Below are positions 1-10,600 of a stretch of 64,000 bases of DNA, one piece after another. The translations under genes and the position numbers were made by a program. This DNA is from Spirochaetaceae bacterium (GTDB taxonomy: Bacteria; Spirochaetota; Spirochaetia; DSM-2461), in assembly GCA_965224705.1 (NCBI GenBank), contig OZ245056.1, positions 2,368,001 to 2,432,000 on the forward strand, given 5' to 3'. Below the pieces are notes generated by a model. The model saw only the letters and a list, made by a program, of their open reading frames with translations. It did not search any database and was not told where the DNA came from. How positions within the stretch are numbered: the first letter of the stretch is position 1; each line of letters begins with the position of its first letter.

Positions 1-718
1 TGTACCGTTCGTCATCAGGATGAACAGCCACAGCGGTATCCCCAAACATTGTTTCGGGCCTGGTGGTCACAACGGTTAAACACTCATTACCATCGGTAAG
101 GGGATAGCGGATTTCCCACAGTCCTCCTTGTTTTTCTATATGATCCACTTCATCGTCTGCCAGGGCGGTTCCACAGGCAGGACACCAGTTCACAAGGTAT
201 TCACCTTTATACAGGAGATTTTTCTCGTAGAGGGAAACAAAAACTTCTCGAACGGCTTTTGTATATTCGGAGTCCATGGTAAAACGTTCACGGCTCCAGT
301 CACAGGATGAACCGATGGTTTCCAGTTGTCTGGTGATGATTGCATGATGTTCATCTTTGACTCTCCAGGTTTCCGCAATGAATTTCTCCCGGCCCAGATC
401 GTGCCGATCTTTTCCTCTTTCTTTCAAACGGCGTTCTACAACGTTTTGTGTGGCGATACCGGCATGATCTGTACCCGGCAGCCAGAGGGCTGGATGCCCT
501 TTCATCCTCCAGTAACGGATGAGCAAATCCTGGAGTGTGTTGTTCAACCCATGTCCCATGTGCAGGATGCCGGTTACATTGGGCGGTGGAATAACGATGA
601 CATAGGGATTATTCCCACTGGAATTCGGGGCAAAATATCCCCCCTCCTTCCATAGCGAGTATATTCTTTCTTCAAAGTCCTCAGGGTTATATGATTTGGG
701 CAGTTCTATTTGTTTCAT
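1..718 (-). CDS. valS: Valine--tRNA ligase, N-terminal part (runs off the window)
   Basis: Manual minus-strand translation from ATG 718: MKQIELPKSYNPEDFEERIY...IPPPNVTGILHMGH (HIGH motif)...TTRPETMFGDTAVAVHPDDERY. Absent from the ORF track because it is truncated by the window edge. Confidence 0.97.
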   Translation of the reverse strand, partial: MKQIELPKSYNPEDFEERIYSLWKEGGYFAPNSSGNNPYVIVIPPPNVTGILHMGHGLNNTLQDLLIRYWRMKGHPALWLPGTDHAGIATQNVVERRLKERGKDRHDLGREKFIAETWRVKDEHHAIITRQLETIGSSCDWSRERFTMDSEYTKAVREVFVSLYEKNLLYKGEYLVNWCPACGTALADDEVDHIEKQGGLWEIRYPLTDGNECLTVVTTRPETMFGDTAVAVHPDDERY

Positions 719-1298
719 GTGTTTTCCTCAGGTAGAGAATTATGATCAAAATACTGCATTATAGTACAGTGGGGAAGGACGGAGAAGACCTGTCGCTGAG
801 CCGGTCAGGACGATTGTACCTGAAACCCGTTATAACCTCAGGCAAGCAGTTATTATCCCATCCAGTTTTCTTTCATCCGGCAGCAATTCTGGCCTTAATG
901 ACTTGTCCTTATCAGAGACACATCGGTATTCCCTCAAATGGGCTCGAATTCTCATCAAACACATCAGCAGAAAAAGCAGTAAACTTAAACACTGTAACCT
1001 CAATTCAGTGTCAGAAAGCTTGTTAATGCAACAAAAACCTCCTGTCAGGCTCGTTATAACATAGTAAGAAAACAATTTATAAAGGAGTTTGACCATGCCA
1101 TTCCCTCACTGCCCCAACCCGAAATGTATCCATTTCAGTGCCCCAGAGCAAAAAAACTGGTTTTCGATACACAGTTCCTACCACACAGAAGCATTTGGAA
1201 CAGTCCAGCGCTACATCTGCAATGACTGCAAAAGAACCTTTTCCTCCCAGGGCAATTGCATCTAAAATCCACTTATGAAAGCCTTATTCATGATTCTT

Positions 1299-1517
1299 AA
1301 CCGCAGAGAACGCAGAGAGCGCAGAGTGTTCAAGATAAATGTTGACCAATCTGTTTATGCTATAGAGACGAAAAAACCCGGACTAAAGTAAGACTTTTTC
1401 TCCATTTTTGGGTGTTTTGCCCAAAATGTGGGTGCGTCCATGCGCCCACGGGCAGCTCTAAGCGGTTTTAAGAGCTCCCCTATATCTCTCTGCGTACCTC
1501 TGCGTTCTCTGCGGTTT
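1299..1517. repeat. Inverted pair of (CGCAGAG)-type tandem modules inside the MITE
   Basis: AACCGCAGAGAACGCAGAGAGCGCAGAG (~1299-1326) versus CTCTGCGTACCTCTGCGTTCTCTGCGGTTT (~1488-1517). Confidence 0.8.
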
Positions 1518-1558
1518 AATGCCGCTTTGAGGAGATTCCACATTCTTTGAGACACTAG

Positions 1559-3243
1559 CCCCTATTTCTCACCAAGACCTTGAGACAAAGCAGGCTTCCC
1601 ATGCTAAAATATTTACATGAAAAAAAATACAAAACGAAAAGAAGCCCGCTTTGCTAATACAGAGTGTAAAGCCCATCAGCTCGAATTGCAAGGGATGGAA
1701 ATCGGAAAATCCCGCAAAATTATTGTAAAGAATGACGGCAAGGTCAACAGCTCCGATGCCGGATTTCTTCTGCTCCAGCAGGTTGAGCAGAAGCACAGAA
1801 TTATTGAAAAGCTGTCAGATTTCTTCACCGATAAAAGAGATCAGGGAAAAATTACACATAGCCTGAGTGCTCTTCTGAAACAGAGAATCTTCGGAATCTG
1901 TCAGGGCTATGAAGATCTCAATGATCATGAACAATTGCGCGATGATCCGCTGCTTCAGTATATATGCGGACGGGATGATAAAACTCCAGCTGCAGGAAAG
2001 AGCACCCTGAACAGATTGGAACTCGGTCATGAACTGGATGAAAAAACCAAGGACCGGTACAGCAAAATCACCTGGGATGCCGAGGGGATTGAAGAGCTGC
2101 TCTGTCAACTGTTTCTTGAGAGTTTCGAGGAGCCGCCGAAAACCCTGATTCTGGATTTTGATGCCACTGACATTCCCATCCACGGCGAGCAGCAGAGGCG
2201 GTTTTTTCACGGATATTACGATCACTACTGCTACCTTCCGCTCTATGTGTTCTGTGATGATTTTCCCCTGATCGCCCGCCTGCGGTCGTCCAGCGTGGAT
2301 GCCTGTGAGAGTACCGAAGAGATTCTGGTCAAGCTGGTTGGCGCGATCAGGGCCAGATTTCCTGATGTCCGTATCATTTTCCGTGGAGACTCGGACTTCT
2401 GCCGTGAGAGTATACTGAAGCAGTGTGAGATATTAAAAGTCAAATATATCACCGGTATGGCAGGAAATACGCGGCTACTGAAGAAAATTGAACCGCAGAT
2501 GGCTGAGGCTGAAAAGCTCTTCGTTAAGAGCAAAGCAGCCGAACGTGTTTTTACCCGTTTTTCCTGGAGGACCCAAAGCAGCTGGAGTCGCAATCGGGAT
2601 GTCATTGCCAAGGCGGAACATCTGCCGGGCAAGAAGAATCCCCGCTTTATTGTGACTGACATACCTGTTGAAGAAGGGGATGCCCAATCGCTGTATGAAG
2701 ATGTCTACTGTGCACGCGGCGATATGGAGAATCGCATCAAAGAGCAGCAGCTTTATCTGTTTGCCGACCGCACCTCCAGCTATTGGGTGAGTTCGAATCA
2801 GCTCCGATTGTACTTTTCGACAATCGCCTATATATTCTTTGTCCATCTTCGAAAGACAATTCAGCAGGTCAGCGGCGATGAAACCCGGAGCCTGTCCTCT
2901 ACGATCCGATTAAGAATGCTTAAAGTGTCAGCCGCTGTAAAGATTACGGTTCGCCGAGTCTGGATCAGTCTTCCGGAGAGTTTTCCCTGGTGGGACATTT
3001 GGATACGAACATCCCGGGCCATCTGAGCGGTAATAAAAGCAGTTGAGAGTTCTAATCTGGGTTCCTTGGGGAAGCTGTGCCCCGAGGGTTGAAAAAACGG
3101 AAGAAAATCAGAAGAAATCGACTTAATTTGGGCGGAAATAACAAGGATCAATCAACTGGAAACTTTTTGTTCGATATATTAGGGGAGAGAACAGAAATTC
3201 TCCAAGATTTTTTATGCAGTTTTATGTTGGTGAGAAATAGGGG
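1559..3243 (+). mobile_element. IS1380-family insertion sequence
   Basis: Perfect 17-bp TIRs CCCCTATTTCTCACCAA (1559-1575) and TTGGTGAGAAATAGGGG (3227-3243), flanked by CTAG on both sides (1555-1558, 3244-3247). Confidence 0.93.
1617..3026 (+). CDS. IS1380-family DDE transposase
   Basis: Motifs SSDAG, GYEDLNDH..LRDDP, ILDFDATD, FFHGYYDHYCYLPL, RGDS, YCARGDMENRIKEQQL. Confidence 0.95.
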   Translation: MKKNTKRKEARFANTECKAHQLELQGMEIGKSRKIIVKNDGKVNSSDAGFLLLQQVEQKHRIIEKLSDFFTDKRDQGKITHSLSALLKQRIFGICQGYEDLNDHEQLRDDPLLQYICGRDDKTPAAGKSTLNRLELGHELDEKTKDRYSKITWDAEGIEELLCQLFLESFEEPPKTLILDFDATDIPIHGEQQRRFFHGYYDHYCYLPLYVFCDDFPLIARLRSSSVDACESTEEILVKLVGAIRARFPDVRIIFRGDSDFCRESILKQCEILKVKYITGMAGNTRLLKKIEPQMAEAEKLFVKSKAAERVFTRFSWRTQSSWSRNRDVIAKAEHLPGKKNPRFIVTDIPVEEGDAQSLYEDVYCARGDMENRIKEQQLYLFADRTSSYWVSSNQLRLYFSTIAYIFFVHLRKTIQQVSGDETRSLSSTIRLRMLKVSAAVKITVRRVWISLPESFPWWDIWIRTSRAI

Positions 3244-3540
3244 CTAGATAAAAATTTCCATTGACCTCGAAAATCAGTGTTTTTCATTCTTTTTGGGACA
3301 GAATTAGATGCAATTACCCTGCTTTTCCTCCCAGACTTTTTCAATCGATTACTATGCGAAAAAAGTCATCGACTACGAGGAACTTCTACAGCATCTGGTG
3401 ACCTCTTCCGGTGTGAACGACATCAGCCGTCATCTGGAGGTTTCTTCCGATACGGTACAGAACCGATGCGAAAGACTGGCCCGTTCCGCCATGGCAATCC
3501 ATGCCCGGCTGTTGAAAAAACTCCCCATGAGGGAATCCAT

Positions 3541-3704
3541 GGAGTCTGTCGGACTTTAAGACTTCGAGGCGATTTTTGATGATTTTTTCCTGATGCAAGG
3601 CGACAAAAACTCAAGCGTAGCTGGGCTACGTGAGTATTTTGGCAACGCAGCAGCAGGGGAAAAGGGCAAAAATCGAGCCGTGAGGCGTAAGTCCGACAGA
3701 CTCC
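3541..3704. mobile_element. MITE with GGAGTCTGTCGGACTT ends, copy A (164 bp)
   Basis: TIRs GGAGTCTGTCGGACTT / AAGTCCGACAGACTCC with an AT (alternatively CATG) duplication. Removal restores ...GAA TCC ATG GCC... in the host ORF. Confidence 0.88.
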
Positions 3705-4669
3705 ATGGCCGCCGATGGACTGGAGTCCTTTTCCTTCTCTCAATACTATCCCAACCACATCAACATCTTTGCCGGAAGTGAGTCCGAGTTCATCTATGAG
3801 ACCGGGTTTGCCAATCTCAGGAGGAAAGGAAGAATGACTTCCCGTCAGAAATTGATCCGAAAAAAGCTGGAGGCCCGGGGCAGGGCGGATCCCGGGGCCA
3901 TTGAGAAATCGGTGAGAAGTCTGACAGAAGATTTGATTCAATTTCTTATGAAGAAAAAGGTTGTGCATAAGCTTCTCTTCACGGATATGCACAGGGCATA
4001 CACCCGGGCCTTTGCGAAAACCGAGCATTTTCTCCACTTCTTCATCCGGATCATGACATCTTCAAGGTCGGCCAGAACCATGGATAATCCGATGTTTCCT
4101 ATTAACTACATTGACCGTCAGATCAGGAAAGATATTTCAGATCATGTCAGGGAGACGGTCAAGTTTGCCAAATCTCCCGCTGCGATGATGATTCGATTTG
4201 TTCTTTATCGTCACTATCACAACTGCATGATTCCATGGAGGGTGAAGGAAGCCAGGAAGAAGAAGGACACAACTCATGCTGAGAAGGCCGGGATCACCAG
4301 GAAGAAACTTCGCAAGGCAGTGAGCAAATACTGGTTGAAGAGGGCCTTTCTGAGCAGGGTCAATCTGGGTGCGGCAGAGAAGAAGACCTGGTTGTGTGAG
4401 TGGCGTAATCCGGGAGTGGAATCCGGCCGTTATGATCCGCTGTATGTGAAGGTTTAGGATGAGATCGGACTCCCGGGATGGGTTGAAGAGGGTTTTACAG
4501 GCTTTCTGACACTGGATATTTCAATCAAAGAAAGTATACAGGATGCGATGGATTTGTTTAATCGGTGCAGAAAAAATAGATTCACAGCAATTTCCTCCAA
4601 CTAAAATAAAAAACTTTTTTTTCCAGAAAAAATGAATAATGCCCCACTTGAAAGAGTCATACAGGATGT

Positions 4670-7600
4670 ATGAAGAATCGCTTTTTCCATTGGTTACCAA
4701 CATCAGGAGTCTGGTCTTATCGATTTGCAAGTTTACTTTTTACCTGTGTCATCATTTCCTGGAGTGTTTTCCCCCAGACCATACCCCTTCTTCCCAGCAC
4801 CAACCATGCCTTGCTGGAGGTTTACATTGATCAGGCTGCCAGTACTCGGACTCGCAATGACTGGCTGCGCATAGCCCGAGGTGGATTTGAATCGGTTCTG
4901 GCCGAATGGGAGGCCGCTGCTGCCCTTGTTATTACTGACAGTCGTGTTCTGCAATCTGGTAGGAAGAAGGTGTTGAAAGATCTTGAACAAAGTCTGTCAA
5001 CAGGATTGTCCGAATGGGCTGTTACTCAGTTTCGCAACCAGCATGACCCCCGGGGATTCTCAGATTTCTGGGTTCAAATGAGAGAGGCCGCCCTGACCGC
5101 AACATTTGAATCCCGGAGCGGAGAATTTATCAAAGATGAAAAAGGGCGGCTGGTTGTTATAAAAGCTGACAGGGAGACACTTGCCGAAGATTCGGCTGCA
5201 TTTAAAAACTTCTGGGATGAGCTTATAGACCAGAAGGTTGATGATTGGTATTCAGGGGCCCAGACGGCTTTTTCGGAATTGCTTCTGGATTTTGGTTCCG
5301 AAGAAGCAGCCATTCTTGAAACATATCGTCAGAGTACACTTTCGTCACTGAAGCAGTCGTATTCCAGGGAACTTTCAAAAATGACCCGCCTTACCGAATC
5401 GGCTATGATTCACTATCGCCTCAAAAATATAGTTGATTCCGACTCTGATGCAGGCGGGCAGGATGTGATTCCCTCGGAAACCAGAGCCATGCTCAACCAG
5501 GTTCAAAACGATGCAGAGGCTGGTTTGACACGCTTGAAGGATGGACTGAATGTCAACCAGGATGCACCCGAAGTGAAGAAAGCTGATATAGATGCCGCCC
5601 GATGGAGGGCGAGTTTCCGGGAAGAACTGGAAAAGGGCATACTTCTCTGGAGGGAGGCTGAAGAGAGGCTTCTGATGAACCGGATCGAATGGGAGAAAAA
5701 GGCCGGTTATGATCTTGTTCTGACTCGAAAAAGGTGGGATAAGGCATTCCGGGAGTTGGCCGAAGCCAATGAAAAGTGGCTTGATGACTATCAGCGGATC
5801 TGGAATGAGGGTCAGGATCGCTGGGAAATCCAGAGCCGTCAGATGCAGAACACTCTGGAAAATGCCCGCAGTGAAATGGCATCAAACATCAATGGCCGCC
5901 ATGATTCCATGGTTCAGAGGGTGTCTACTCTGGTGGATATTCTTGGCCAGTCTCTGATAATGATGAGCACGGCCCGGGAAAACTTTGCGTACTGGATGAA
6001 CAAAGCAGCTCCCTACAGTCAGCAAACTCTGGAGCAGGTATCATGGGATATCGAGGATCTGAGAGCACGCTATAACAGAGCTGTTAATTTGAAGAAATAC
6101 AGTCATGGCCTGCGGTGGAGTTTTCTTTTCTTTAATGATAAAGCCGGAGAACAGGCCCGTTACTGGCTGGAAGACATCTACAACGTGTATCTGGAACGTG
6201 CGCAGGATGTCAGAGCCGATCTGTATCAGACATACAATTTATCGGTTTTCGGAGAAAGCGGACTTGATGAAATGGGACTCAAGGACCTTACCTCTGAACT
6301 GAAGAATGGTCAGTGGGAACAGATCTTTTTAGATGACTATCAGGTGGAACTGCTCAAGGCCAGAGCGGCTGCTTCGTATTGGGAGAAGGAACTGGAGATT
6401 GCCGCTGCCGTTACCCGCTACGCAGAAAAGCCGAGTTCCATTCTGGGAAGTGAAGAAGAAAAGAATGAGGTGGATAGAGCCTGGACGGAGAGCTTTGATG
6501 CGTACCAGAAGGCCCTCGAAACATATCAGGCGGGCATCAAAAAACTTGAAATGGCAAACCTGGATCTCAAGGAAAATAGCAGAAAATTGACCGAAGTGCA
6601 GAAAATTTTGACCGGATACAGGGAAGAACTCGCAGAAGCCCGGGCAGTTTACCAGAATGAAATACTTTTAAAAGAGCTGGATTCTTCCCGGTACTTCAAG
6701 GAACAGATTCGAGATTCCTATGTGAGGTTACTGGAACTTTACGGATTGACTGATGATGAGAAGAAAAGTACCGAGAGTTTCTATATGGATTATCTCAATA
6801 AGAATAGGGCATATGAGGGAGAATTCTCCCTCTCTCAGACATCTCTTCTGGTCACGGAACTCATTGAAGGTGATCCGGGCAGAATTCCTCCCATACTTTC
6901 TCTGCAGGATCTGGGAGTCCGTTATGAGAATGCCAGAGATTGGAATACGGCCAACTTGTTTTCTGCCAGTCGATTGAATCCAGACTTCATGGAGAAGTTT
7001 CAAAAGGCCTGGAACCTGAGCATTGATGAAGAGGTTTATCTCAAGGCGACCAAACTGGTGAAAGGCCTGTCAGCACAATATGATGCTGATGGTACACTGG
7101 ATACAGAGGCCATGGTCATTTTTCAGGCTGATATTGCTGCTATAACGGCAGGACTTTTGAGAAACTATAGAACCGAACTGGAATCGGTTGTGAATCAGAT
7201 AGTTCTTCTCACCTCTGAACATATTTTTGAGGACACAGGATGGGCGGGAAGCTCTGTTGATCTTTCCCGAGCTGAAAGTGAAGAGGATGTGAAATCAGCC
7301 CTCAAAGATGAAGCACAGCGGGCAAAGTTCACATTGATTGCAGATCGGATCACCTTCGATAAGGAAGTTCTGTTCAAGCTGAAGCAGAATCTTGACAATT
7401 GGATGGCAGGCGGTTTGAAAGAAACTGATTTTCGTCCCATCCAGCCCAATGATATCAATGATCAGCAATCAGTACTGGCCTGGATTTACTATTCCAGTCT
7501 CCATGAGAATGCTTCTTTCTCAGTCCGTCTCAAAAAGGATCTGGAATTCCTGGCTGAACTGGAAGAGGTTGCCGGTGAAGAGGAGACAATCAAGAATTTT

Positions 7601-10600
7601 TCCTCACTGGCTGAAGCCTTCCGTCAGCTTATTCCTGCCAATCCCCTTGCGTCCATCTACATCAATGGTAGAAGTCTTCTGATGAGAAATGATGAAGACT
7701 ACGGGGCGATCTTTCTGGCTGATCAATTCAGCACTCATGATCAGTCGGTCCAGGGTATTTCTCACTGGAATATCTTTGGCCCTTATTCTGTTTCCGGGCG
7801 GCAGATGGCAGAAAAATCGACCATTGCTGAAATCTATCGAATTATTTCCCGTCATGGTCTGGCCGATAGTTCAGATGGCGCATGGCAGTTCCTGAACCCT
7901 GAAACGGTATGGGAAAACGCTCATTTTCAATCCAGAGAAGAAGTTTCCCACATGCTTGTACACCTTTCCCGCGATCTGGAAGACATGCCGACGGCCCGAC
8001 CTGTAACCGAGCATGTTATGGAAGCTCTGGAAAGGTGGCAGAAAAGCCTGGAGGACTACTTCCTGGTAAAAAGTCATTCATTCTCTGATGATCTGGATGA
8101 AGAGGAGATACAAACCAGACTGGAAGAGCTTGAAGCTGCACGGGAAGTTGTGAAAATGAATACCCAGAGACACTCCCGCATTGAATCGACCAGTGAACCA
8201 TTGATGATGTTGGCCCTCAGTATTCTGATTCATCCCAATGAGAGTTCTGCCAGTGAAACCTTCATCAGAATTTCAGCCAGTGAATTAGCCGGGATGCTGA
8301 CAGATCTGAACTCTGATCTGGATGCAGAATCCACCTGGCTTCCTTTATTGACAGACCTTAAAGAGACCCTGGGAATTCAGCCGGATGATGAGGTGGCAGG
8401 CGTGCTGGACGATCATTTCTTACCAGCACGGATTCTGGCTGCACAATATGTGAGAGAGGCCTCTGGAATTGCCAGGGGAGAGGCTGCTTATGCCGATCAG
8501 ATTCTCTATTCCAGATTGACCGGGTTGTCTCTGGAGTCTTACGCATCCATGATCGGTCAATTTGAATCCGAAAACTCTCCTGGAGAGTTGTTAAACGATT
8601 CGTATGCTTCGAGAGGGAATCTGGATGAACTGCAGAATAATACCGCATGGGAGGACATTCTTGCCCCGGCTCTCTCAGATTTGCCGGGATCGAAACTGTA
8701 TCAGGCCACTCTGGCTGAGATCCTGATAACTCTGACCGATGAGCCCACTGCCCGGTGGTATCTGGCCCAGGAGGGCATCGACATCAACTTTGATTCTACA
8801 GGATACAGCCGCCATTATGCTCTGGATGAGAGAGCTGCACTTTTTTTTCTGAAGAGAGAAGCTCTGTGGGGGACGTTGACCGATGAGAAGAAGGAAGAGT
8901 TCAGCCTTTCCGATGAATCGGCCCGGGAACTGGAGAAGTTTTCCCTCATTGCTGAAGCACTTCATCGATACATACCGGCGGTGGATGGAAATCTCATCGA
9001 ATACCTTGGCGGCATCAATGGCATCAGTGAATCCGAAGCGGGCATCATCCTTTCAGACCGCTGGAACGATCTTTATTTTCAGAAGAGTATTCAGGAGCGT
9101 ACACTTTCTGACGCGGATCAGTTTCTCTGGGTTAATTCCAGCCTTGATTCTTTAAATCAATACCACAAAGCTGCGGCCTTTTCTCAAGTCAGTCATCTGG
9201 CAGAGAAAACTCGAAATACTCTGGCGGCAGAAAGTAAGAGCCTTGACCGGGAAGACTCCAGGCTGAAATATGCCGTGAGAAGAAATGAACTGAGGGAAAA
9301 ATCTCCGGGCATCTGGCGGCTTTACCTGGATGCAAAATACATGCAGCTGAGGGAGAATGAAGAATGGAGCGGATCAATCGGAGAGACAGAAGAATTCAGG
9401 ACAGGTGAGACTGAATTTATTGACCGGGTCCCGCTGTATCAGGGAGAATCTCTTCCCCTGGACAGCAGGAGAACTATTTATCAGGCGAAGGACAGGACTC
9501 AGGCCGCTCTTCTGGAAACCTTCAATCAGCTTGCTCTGACGACTGACAAATTGAATGATGTCCTCAAAACCCGGGACGAAGAAAGTATCAGTGATTCCTC
9601 CATGGAAAGATTCAAACTCTGGGCGGAAGAGCTTTCTTCCAGGATCGGAACTCACTTTGAACCTGAGAAGGATCCCGTTCCGACCGATGTCTTTCAGGTA
9701 AACCAATCTTTGAAAATAGAAGTGGAATCTTCTCGCAGTGAATGGCACAGGCGGGAGTCTGAGATTTCATCCCTCCAGTCAAAAATTCGCTCCTTTGGAC
9801 AGAGCATATCCAATTGGATCGAAAACATAGATCAACAATCCCGGCCTTTTATCACTGGATCTCAGCAGGTAATCAAAGATTTGAACGTAAAAATTGATGC
9901 GGTGGAAGAAAGATGGAAGAATCTCATCGGCCCGAAAGATGATCCCCAGGCGGATACTTACAGGGGAGCCGAATACCGCTACTCAAGGTCATATAATGAA
10001 GTTCAATCCAGTCTGAAATCCCTTGATGCAGCGAAGCAGAACTTCAAAAAGTCAAAGGCCATCCGGGATTACTCATCAAGCTATCATCTGTATCTTGGGC
10101 GGGATATTGCTTCGGAGGAAAGACCGGCAGACAGGGGTGAATCCCTCCAGATGGATGAACTTCAACAGATAATTGATGCTGCCCGTCCTGAGAAGTATCT
10201 GGGTCAGGTTTCCACCCAGTATCATCGGAGCAGGATTGTTGTGGAAACTCTTGAGAATATCCAGCAGAAAACAGCCGATTCTCTTTCTGAACGAGACAGC
10301 CTCTACAGAAAACAATCAGAAGAAGTGAACAGTGCCCGAAGGCTGGAGGTGGCTCTGAAGAGTCTCTCCAATGTTTTAACAGATTATACGGAAAAAACTC
10401 TGGGTGAATATGAGAGAATCTACCAGAAAAGGGAAGCAGTCCTCCGCAAATTCACCCTGGACCTTGGGGATGAGGACGACTTTATCTACAACTTCCGGAC
10501 TGATCCAGGCGGCTCAAAACTTATGGAAGAACAGGTTCTTCTCAACGGCATGGATGTACACTGGGACAGAGATGGCCGTGCACATATAACCTTTGATTTG

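Larger units (their letters stand above)
1248..3321. mobile_element. ISAs1-type MITE (about 385 bp without its IS1380 passenger)
   Basis: 18-bp TIRs CAGGGCAATTGCATCTAA (1248-1265) and TTAGATGCAATTACCCTG (3304-3321). Exact 10-bp target duplication CTTTTCCTCC at 1238-1247 and 3322-3331. Confidence 0.9.
1095..4457 (+). pseudogene. Transposase-like gene in three pieces (1095-1247, 3332-3538, 3705-4457); 370 aa when rejoined
   Basis: AAGGAG RBS before ATG 1095. HCPNPKC...RYICNDCKRTFS Zn finger, HTH-like segment (DISRHLEVSSDTVQNR), acidic motifs AADGLES, LFTD and NYIDRQIR. The pieces join in frame once the inserts and their duplications are removed. Confidence 0.8.
1006..4514 (+). mobile_element. 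Unclassified IS (IS1/IS1595-like Zn-finger transposase), disrupted by nested insertions
   Basis: Imperfect TIRs CAGTGTCAGAAAGCTTGTTAA (1006-1026) and TTTACAGGCTTTCTGACACTG (4494-4514) bracket a split transposase-like ORF. No clear target duplication seen. Confidence 0.75.

Noticed and set aside
128..1096. Short ORFs at the left end and the many antisense or alternate-frame ORFs in the track
   Set aside because: They overlap valS, other well-supported genes or IS ends, and show no recognisable motifs.
1299..1517. CGCAGAG repeats (also 30763-30841) as a CRISPR array
   Set aside because: They are short tandem/inverted modules inside MITEs, with no regular repeat-spacer periodicity and no cas genes.
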